Origin: a virus
Reading direction: 5' to 3' (one strand)
Length of the DNA: 33,307 nt
IMG/VR virus record: IMGVR_UViG_3300015369_000022
Location: 1 to 33,307 of that record
The notes under the pieces are model-generated. The model had not been told where the DNA came from, made no database searches, and worked only from the letters and a program-made list of their open reading frames with translations. The position numbers and the translations under genes are program-made. Of this stretch, positions 18,190 to 23,806 are shown piece after piece (position 1 is the first letter of the stretch; each line of letters begins with the position of its first letter).

Positions 18190-19175
18190 GAATGATTCTT
18201 GCGACTCCGGACGGTAAGGAGCTCAAATTCCTCTCGGACATGACTATCGACATCGAGATCGGCTCGAGTGATGACACATTTCAATTGACTTTCTCTCGAG
18301 CGGCATGGGATGAGGATATCGAGGAAGGCTGTCGAGTCTTTATTCCGAACACGGAATACGGCGGCCGCGTGAAGCGCAAGGGGACAGCTACGTCATCGGA
18401 TGAGATCTCCGTCGGCGGGCTGACCTGGCGCGGGATGATGGACTATCGAATCATCCAGCCGGCATCCGGCAAAGATTACGCGACAGCATCCGGAGATCTG
18501 AATGAGATCATCAAGGAATTTGTCGAGGATGAATTCCCCGGCTTATTCTATGGAGTCGATACGGAGACCGGCGTCACGCTGACGAATTATCAATTCGACA
18601 GATATTGCACGCTCCACGATGGTCTTCAAAAGATGCTCAAAGAGAGCGGATATCGGCTTGATATCCAGTACATCCAGGGCGAAGCCGGTGCTCCGGGCTA
18701 TGTTCAAGCGCAAGCGCTCGAGATCATCGACTACTCGGACATCATCGAGCTGTCGGAAGACTCTCGAATCAATTACACGGCATCTGAGCGCCATGATTGT
18801 GTCAATCATCTTATATGTCTCGGCTCCGGAGACCTGGCTGAGCGTACTGTCATCCATCTTTACGTCGGATCCGACGGATCCGTCGGTACGACTCAATACT
18901 ATACCGGGCTCGACGAAGTCGTGGCTATATATGATTATGCCGGCGCTAATGATGACGATCTGAAGACAGAAGGGATCAAACAGTTGGAGAGCATGAAGGA
19001 CTCTGATAATTTCGCAATGGACATCTCAGAGCTCGACATCGACTCCATCGCTATCGGAGACATCGTCGGAGGAAGAGACTATCTGACCGGAATGAGCATG
19101 TCAGCGCCTATCGTCGGCAAGATTTATAAAGTCGAAAACGGCGAGGAATCAATTGAATTCAAATTGGAGGAATAA
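18174..19175 (+). CDS. Tail tip/baseplate protein (Sipho_Gp37-like, in the Tal position)
   Basis: 333 aa with an AAGGAG RBS, located between Dit and the fibre gene. Confidence 0.55.
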   Translation: MDDSVRMILATPDGKELKFLSDMTIDIEIGSSDDTFQLTFSRAAWDEDIEEGCRVFIPNTEYGGRVKRKGTATSSDEISVGGLTWRGMMDYRIIQPASGKDYATASGDLNEIIKEFVEDEFPGLFYGVDTETGVTLTNYQFDRYCTLHDGLQKMLKESGYRLDIQYIQGEAGAPGYVQAQALEIIDYSDIIELSEDSRINYTASERHDCVNHLICLGSGDLAERTVIHLYVGSDGSVGTTQYYTGLDEVVAIYDYAGANDDDLKTEGIKQLESMKDSDNFAMDISELDIDSIAIGDIVGGRDYLTGMSMSAPIVGKIYKVENGEESIEFKLEE

Positions 19176-19177
19176 CC

Positions 19178-19939
19178 ATGAATATTATTACCGGATACGG
19201 CGGCGAGCCGCACGTTACAGCTCCACAGGATCGTCAGCTGAACGCTGGCATCCTCTCGGAATATAATTATGTACTCAGTGTCGGGAATCAATTCGCATAT
19301 GAGATCGAGTCGGCGAATTCCGTCATCCTTAAAGACGGGATTCTGTCCCTCCAGGGATGCGCTGCTTCGATTGATGCGAATGATACAGAGACGGTCACTC
19401 TGACGAATGGTACATCCGGATATAAACGGACGGATTTGATCGTGGCACGTTATGAGCTCAACACTGATACAGCCGTCGAGTCGGTCACGCTGGCCGTCAT
19501 CGAAGGCACTCCGGCGGAATCGGATCCGGAGACTCCATCATACAATGAAGGTACGATCGCGGACGGTGACAGCCCGGTTGACTTCCCGCTGTATAAGGTC
19601 AATATCGACGGAGTAAGCATCGATTCACTGACTCAGATGTTTACGGTCCTTCCGTCAATTAGTGATTTAAACAGCAACACAGTGAAAGATATCAGAGTCA
19701 TTGAAGTGTCCGTATCAATAACAATCAATGCATCTACATCCGGCACAAAAACCGCGACTTATACCATCCCGGATGGCTATAAGGTTGTTATGTTCGGAGG
19801 ATGCACATCGTCAAATACTACAATCGTCCCGGCTGGTGTTACAGGCTTATCCGGGACTGCAACATTTAGAGGACGCAACACATCGAGCTCATCTCAGACA
19901 ACAACGCTGACAGCTATCTTGTTATGCTTTAAAAGTTAG
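19178..19939 (+). CDS. Tail fibre / receptor-binding protein; the current C-terminus is cassette x1 (19678-19939)
   Basis: Last tail gene before the lysis module. Its C-terminal ~87 aa are homologous to three silent cassettes. Recombination core A lies in frame at 19667-19677. Confidence 0.7.
   Translation: MNIITGYGGEPHVTAPQDRQLNAGILSEYNYVLSVGNQFAYEIESANSVILKDGILSLQGCAASIDANDTETVTLTNGTSGYKRTDLIVARYELNTDTAVESVTLAVIEGTPAESDPETPSYNEGTIADGDSPVDFPLYKVNIDGVSIDSLTQMFTVLPSISDLNSNTVKDIRVIEVSVSITINASTSGTKTATYTIPDGYKVVMFGGCTSSNTTIVPAGVTGLSGTATFRGRNTSSSSQTTTLTAILLCFKS
19667..19677 (+). repeat. Recombination core A (TTAAACAGCAA), inside the tail-fibre ORF
   Basis: Read directly. Codons TTA AAC AGC AAc encode LNSN. 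Confidence 0.7.
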
Positions 19940-19968
19940 GAGTAAAGCCTATAAAGTAAGGAATAAGT

Positions 19969-20226
19969 TTAATCCTTCATATACAGAATACTTAAAATAA
20001 CATATTCATTAGAATAAGCTGTTGAATTGTGATTCTTTACTCTAACAATTGCATCTGTACCATCCAGATTGAATTTTGCAATTGTACTTGCACCGGAAAA
20101 CCAATTCATCACTCCTACAATACCAATCGGCGTATAACCATCTTTTGAGACATCGGTTGTTATGTCCAATGTACTGGATGCAGGAAGCGTTGCTTTTGCG
20201 GATGTAATATTCTCAACAAGAAACAT
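19969..20226 (-). CDS. Silent alternative tail-fibre C-terminal cassette x2 (frame open up to core B at 20237-20247)
   Basis: Convergent with the fibre 3' end. The upstream in-frame codons read QLNSNIKD, against DLNSNTVKD in the fibre. It shares the DGY motif and a hydrophobic C-terminal pattern. No RBS or promoter is visible. Confidence 0.6.
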   Translation of the reverse strand: MFLVENITSAKATLPASSTLDITTDVSKDGYTPIGIVGVMNWFSGASTIAKFNLDGTDAIVRVKNHNSTAYSNEYVILSILYMKD

Positions 20227-20236
20227 ATCCTTGATA

Positions 20237-20247
20237 TTGCTGTTTAA
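20237..20247 (-). repeat. Recombination core B (TTAAACAGCAA on the - strand)
   Basis: Exact inverted copy of core A, in the same codon register. Confidence 0.7.
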
Positions 20248-20277
20248 TTGATTAGTTATTTCTAAGGAGAATTGAAA

Positions 20278-20580
20278 ATGAATGAAGGTACAAAGATAAG
20301 GACCGCGCTTCGCGTTGCGGTCTCTTTGAATACCGCGATTTATGCTGTAATGGCCGCGGTCAATGGTCTCGGAAGCACAAAGGCGTCAATCGTCTGGAGC
20401 GTGCTGACGATTCTCAGTGATTTCGTCGTGTCGTTTATTACGACATACTATAACAACGATTATACGAAGGAAGCGTGTCTCGGGACCGGCATCACGCGCC
20501 AGCTGAAGGCTGAGGGCGGTGACGGCTACGGAGCTGAGACATTCTTTTCAGATGAGGAAGGAGCGTCAGAGGATGAATAG
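20278..20580 (+). CDS. Holin (SPP1-family-like)
   Basis: AAGGAG lies 8 nt upstream of ATG 20278. Motifs are GTKIRTAL, two TM-like segments and YYNNDYTKEA, with an acidic tail. It overlaps the endolysin start. Confidence 0.75.
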   Translation: MNEGTKIRTALRVAVSLNTAIYAVMAAVNGLGSTKASIVWSVLTILSDFVVSFITTYYNNDYTKEACLGTGITRQLKAEGGDGYGAETFFSDEEGASEDE

Positions 20581-21409
20581 TGCTATATACAGACAGTATG
20601 ATTCACGCTGGGGCTCGCTTCCGTATCCTACGAAGACCTATAACATGAGCGGATGCGGATGCGGATGTTGCGCGGTGCTCCATTGCATTATCGAGCGCTC
20701 AAAATATGCGAAGTATACTCCGAAGACCATCCAGCCATACATGAAGGGCTTCGCTGTCGGCGGAAACGGGACTCTTTGGAGCGGGATCCGCGACGGGCTG
20801 AAGCATTATGGCATGGATAATGTCAAATGGTTTGGTGCATCGGCCACAATGACGGAGATCTTCGCTGAGCTGAAGAAGGGATCCAGAATCGGAGTCATCC
20901 TCTTCGGATCCACGAAAGGCCCGGACGGGACTGTATGGACCACAGGCGGCCATTATATCGCTTTTACGGATTACAAGATCAAGAATAGCAAGCACTATTT
21001 TTATCTTAAGGATTCCGGCGGACGGAAGCATGATGGATGGTATTGCTATGAGAAGTCCATGAAGGGCGATGTCCGCCAGGTCTGGACATGTACTGTCCCG
21101 AAGGAGGCATCGACAGCCACAGCGACAGCTTCCACAAAGAAGACCACAGCGAAGACATCATCGAAAAAGACCTATTCCGGGACATTCCCGTCCTTCTCAA
21201 AGTGTCTCGAGAAGGGCGATAAGGGGACTCAAGTGAAGAATCTCCAGAAATTCCTCAATTGGTACGGAGGATATAAGCTCACTGTCGATGGTATTTACGG
21301 ATCCGCGACAGTGACAGCCGTGAAAAAATTTCAAAAGGCTGAGGGACTGACCGCTGACGGCATATTCGGCCCGGCATCCCTCAAGGCCGCGAAGAAGGTG
21401 AAGAAGTGA
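20573..21409 (+). CDS. Endolysin: N-terminal papain-fold cysteine peptidase plus C-terminal PG_binding_1 domain
   Basis: Motifs are YDSRWGSLPY..SGCGCGCCAV (catalytic Cys region) and GGHYIAF. The C-terminus GDKGTQVKNLQKFLN...VDGIYGSATVTAVKKFQ is a peptidoglycan-binding repeat. Confidence 0.8.
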   Translation: MNSAIYRQYDSRWGSLPYPTKTYNMSGCGCGCCAVLHCIIERSKYAKYTPKTIQPYMKGFAVGGNGTLWSGIRDGLKHYGMDNVKWFGASATMTEIFAELKKGSRIGVILFGSTKGPDGTVWTTGGHYIAFTDYKIKNSKHYFYLKDSGGRKHDGWYCYEKSMKGDVRQVWTCTVPKEASTATATASTKKTTAKTSSKKTYSGTFPSFSKCLEKGDKGTQVKNLQKFLNWYGGYKLTVDGIYGSATVTAVKKFQKAEGLTADGIFGPASLKAAKKVKK

Positions 21410-21705
21410 TGCCGCCAGAGGTGTTAATTGCTATCATCGGGAGCTCAGCTCTCTTCTCATTCATTCAATTCATTATCACGCGAATTGATAACAAGCGGAA
21501 TAATCCGCTCAATGACGCGGTAAAAGCGCTGCTCAGAGACCGGCTGATTCACATATGCTCCGGATATCTGAGGAATGGCGAGATCCGCGTCAACGATCTC
21601 GACACGGTTATAAGCTTATATACATCGTATAAAGAACTCGGCGGGAATGGTTTCGTCACGGAGCTGGTCGACCAGGTGACGGAGCTTCCTAAAATTCATA
21701 ATTAA
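21406..21705 (+). CDS. N-terminally membrane-anchored protein (possible lysis accessory protein)
   Basis: A TM segment (VLIAIIGSSALFSFIQFII) lies at the N-terminus. The start overlaps the endolysin stop. Confidence 0.5.
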   Translation: MMPPEVLIAIIGSSALFSFIQFIITRIDNKRNNPLNDAVKALLRDRLIHICSGYLRNGEIRVNDLDTVISLYTSYKELGGNGFVTELVDQVTELPKIHN

Positions 21706-21722
21706 ATACTTCCTACATATAA

Positions 21723-21755
21723 GGCGGGCCTTTAATGGTCCGCCGCTTTTTTTTA
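21723..21755 (+). terminator. Rho-independent terminator ending the late/lysis operon
   Basis: The hairpin ggcgggcc-tttaat-ggtccgcc is followed by a T9 tract. Confidence 0.75.
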
Positions 21756-21801
21756 TTTGATAAGATTCTCGAATCGAATCAAAATGAAGGAGGAAATTAT
21801 T

Positions 21802-22662
21802 ATGTACGAGTATGAAGAATTATGGGATACAGCCTTGAGACGCTTCCGGGCTTGCAAGACATTGGAGAATTGTGCTGAGACCACCATCAAGCAATATGAA
21901 GACATCATTCGGAAACTGAGGCAATGGACAGACAAGCCGCTGGACCAGATCAATGGAGACGATCTCCGGGAATTCCTGGCGGAATACCATTCGAGCCGGA
22001 ATGTCTCGCTTGCATATCTCGACACTCTGAGACGCTATCTGTCGGCATGGTTTGGATGGGTAGCCGATGACGATCTGATTATGAAGAATCCGGCAAGGAA
22101 AATCCCGAAGATTAAAGTCCCGAAGACCGTCAAGAAGGCATTCACATCCGAAGAACGCGAGATGCTCAAGGATTCCGCGTCATCTATTCGAGATCTGGCG
22201 CTCATGGAGGTCCTTTATTCGACCGCGGCCCGTATCAACGAGATCCTGGCGCTGGATCAGAGCGATGTCGACTTCCCGAATCGTGAGATCGTCATATACG
22301 GACAGAAAGGCAAGCGGGAGAGAATCGTATATCTGTCGGATCCGGCGGCATATCGCCTCCAGCGCTATCTCGAGAGCCGGTCCGATAAGAATCCGGCGCT
22401 ATTCGTCTCGAATCGGAAGCCGTATCAGCGCTTAACGTCCCAGGGAGCTCAGCGGATGCTCAGAGAGCTGGGACGCGAGACCGGGATCCATGTTCACGCT
22501 CACAAATTTCGGCGGAGCTTCCTCACTGATGCATCATCGAAAGGAATGAGCCTCCAGGAATTACAGATCTACGCTGGCCATGTGAAGCCGGAAACCACAA
22601 TGACATACATCGACGTCAAACAGGAAGACATCAAAGCCACATTCCGGAGAATAATCACATAA
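21802..22662 (+). CDS. Small tyrosine site-specific recombinase (XerC/D-like size); candidate shufflon invertase
   Basis: GAAGGAGG RBS precedes ATG 21802. Catalytic signature is ARINEIL (R), HKFRRSF (HxxR) and GHVKPETTMTYI (H..Y). The stop codon TAA (22660-22662) is part of core C. Confidence 0.8.
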   Translation: MYEYEELWDTALRRFRACKTLENCAETTIKQYEDIIRKLRQWTDKPLDQINGDDLREFLAEYHSSRNVSLAYLDTLRRYLSAWFGWVADDDLIMKNPARKIPKIKVPKTVKKAFTSEEREMLKDSASSIRDLALMEVLYSTAARINEILALDQSDVDFPNREIVIYGQKGKRERIVYLSDPAAYRLQRYLESRSDKNPALFVSNRKPYQRLTSQGAQRMLRELGRETGIHVHAHKFRRSFLTDASSKGMSLQELQIYAGHVKPETTMTYIDVKQEDIKATFRRIIT

Positions 22663-22669
22663 ACAGCAA
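22660..22669 (+). repeat. Recombination core C (TAAACAGCAA)
   Basis: Read directly. It is in the register aTA AAC AGC AAt and leads in frame into cassette x3. Confidence 0.65.
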
Positions 22670-22670
22670 T

Positions 22671-22922
22671 TTGACGCTTGTAAAAAAAACGTATACTGGA
22701 ACGACGTCCGACACAAATTCCATCGTAAGCACGGAGCTAAGCATCGAAGATTATATTCCTCTTAAATGTAATTGTGCCATCAAAGGCTATGAGGTATGTG
22801 TTGTGCCTTATTGTTATAGCACATGGAAGTTTCAGCTCGTCGCTGCTAACGGTCATGCTCCTGTCGGTTCTGGGAAAAGTTACACCTTAACTGTGTGGCT
22901 TTTGGAATGGCCTACATCTTAA
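22671..22922 (+). CDS. Silent alternative tail-fibre C-terminal cassette x3 (in frame from core C)
   Basis: It has no ATG or RBS; the track start is TTG. It is ~85 aa with a KGY motif and an LTVWLLEW-type C-terminal strand, homologous in layout to x1, x2 and x4. Confidence 0.5.
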   Translation: MTLVKKTYTGTTSDTNSIVSTELSIEDYIPLKCNCAIKGYEVCVVPYCYSTWKFQLVAANGHAPVGSGKSYTLTVWLLEWPTS

Positions 22923-22932
22923 TGCCTCAAGA

Positions 22933-23191
22933 CTAATCATCCGATGCTCTGAGCAAGAGCCGGAGCTTGCAAGTTATTCCGGAGGCTGAGCCGGATGTGT
23001 GGTTTACAATATACGCTCTGTTGAGGCTGTCATTGAGTTTAACTGTCAGATAATGATAATTTGTGCCGGACAGCAATGGAGTTATTGACAGACAATCATA
23101 ACCATCCGGGACAGTAAAAGCATAAGGAGTCGAATTGCCTCCGGCATAAGAGCCGCCTGTTACAAGCGTGATGTCCTCAATCGTGAGAGTT
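22933..23191 (-). CDS. Silent alternative tail-fibre C-terminal cassette x4 (in frame from core D)
   Basis: FTVPDGYDCL in x4 aligns with YTIPDGYKVV in the expressed fibre. The track ORF extends to 23328 only by read-through of noncoding repeats. Confidence 0.6.
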
Positions 23192-23201
23192 TTGCTGTTT
23201 A
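23192..23201 (-). repeat. Recombination core D (TAAACAGCAA on the - strand)
   Basis: Read directly. The register is GTA AAC AGC AAA, encoding VNSK. Confidence 0.65.
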
Positions 23202-23230
23202 CTTGACAAACACGCTCAAATTCCGCATCA

Positions 23231-23290
23231 AGCTTGATTATTTTATAATTTTTTGAAAATAGCTTGATTATTTTATAATTTTTTGAAAAT
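23231..23290. repeat. Perfect 2 x 30-bp tandem repeat (agcttgattattttataattttttgaaaat)
   Basis: Read directly: 23231-23260 is identical to 23261-23290. Confidence 0.9.
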
Positions 23291-23299
23291 GCGGAAAAA

Positions 23300-23328
23300 A
23301 TTCGCGCAAAATCCGGAAAATTTGTCAA
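23300..23328 (-). promoter_or_regulatory. Promoter-like element facing leftward toward core D
   Basis: On the - strand, TTGACA is followed by 17 nt and then GCGAAT, with TG at the extended -10 position. The -10 is weak. Confidence 0.3.
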
Positions 23329-23481
23329 GTTACATCGGCTGGATATTGAGAGGGGTATGGCATTTCCCTCCTTGAGCTTATTCTATTCGAGGACATCATC
23401 GTCCTCATCGTCGAGCCCGGCGAAGTCGGTCTCGGCATCCACAGGACCGGAGTGACGAGCAGCTCCGGTCTTGTATTTCGA

Positions 23482-23502
23482 GGGTGAATTTAGGGGTGAA
23501 TT
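23482..23502 (+). repeat. Putative integrase arm-type sites (GGGTGAATT, GGGGTGAATT), left arm of attP
   Basis: Direct repeats at 23482-23490 and 23493-23502. Confidence 0.5.
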
Positions 23503-23613
23503 GACTCATTTTTATTGATATTTAATGATAATGAATTTATAATCTTTTCCATATGTTTCACGAATTATCAACATCCGTGATGCGCGGTGATAAGCGAAGA
23601 TAAGGGACATAAT

Positions 23614-23639
23614 GAATTCAAGTCCCTCTTCGCGCACCA
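23614..23639 (+). other. Putative attP core: 3' end of a tRNA gene (T-loop, T-stem 3' strand, acceptor 3' strand, CCA)
   Basis: gaaTTCAAGTCCCTCTTCGCGCACCA resembles T-loop/TTCAAGT + CCCTC + TTCGCGC + A + CCA. No matching 5' half is present, so this is a fragment and not a gene. Confidence 0.55.
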
Positions 23640-23640
23640 T

Positions 23641-23685
23641 AAGAGCGTCGGAATTTCAACGTGTCCGGCGCTCTTTCCTTTTGTT
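23641..23685 (+). terminator. Terminator-like hairpin directly after the tRNA 3' fragment
   Basis: aagagcgtcgga...tccggcgctctt (one mismatch) is followed by tccttttgtt. Confidence 0.45.
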
Positions 23686-23686
23686 A

Positions 23687-23707
23687 GGGGTGAAAACGGG
23701 GTGAATT
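23687..23707 (+). repeat. Putative integrase arm-type sites (GGGGTGAAAA, GGGGTGAATT), right arm of attP
   Basis: Direct repeats at 23687-23696 and 23698-23707, in the same orientation as the left-arm copies. Confidence 0.5.
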
Positions 23708-23751
23708 ATACCCGCTGAGGCTGAAAATTTGCCGGGTATCCCGCGAGTAAA

Positions 23752-23780
23752 TCAAAAAGCCGACCGCTTTGTGGTCGGCT
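23752..23780 (-). terminator. Rho-independent terminator of the integrase gene
   Basis: The - strand reads AGCCGACC-acaaagc-GGTCGGCT followed by TTTTTGATTT. Confidence 0.7.
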
Positions 23781-23806
23781 CATTAAAATCGCTTAAATCG
23801 AGAATT

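Larger units (their letters stand above)
19667..23201. other. Putative multi-inversion (shufflon-like) region bounded by cores A and D
   Basis: Four TAAACAGCAA cores in orientations +,-,+,-, four homologous cassettes, and an embedded tyrosine recombinase. Confidence 0.6.

Noticed and set aside
23231-23290. A CRISPR-like or minisatellite reading of the 30-bp repeat
   Set aside because: There are only two directly abutting copies with no spacers, so this is not a CRISPR array.
19178-23330. A diversity-generating retroelement as the explanation for variable fibre tips
   Set aside because: There is no reverse transcriptase gene and no template/variable repeat pair with adenine-specific differences. 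The variants are discrete cassettes bounded by inverted cores.
23365-23480. The - strand frame encoding ...KYKTGAARHSGPVDAETDFAGLDDEDDDVLE*, which looks like the acidic C-terminus of a real protein
   Set aside because: There is no start codon between the upstream in-frame TGA and the stop (about 40 codons), and no RBS. It may be a gene remnant near attP. I cannot support it as a CDS.
23601-23639. Possible tRNA gene (ends in ...GTCCCTCTTCGCGCACCA)
   Set aside because: Only the T-loop to CCA portion is plausible. The upstream sequence cannot form a matching T-stem 5' strand, acceptor 5' strand, or anticodon and D arms. I interpret it as the attP core copy of a host tRNA 3' end.
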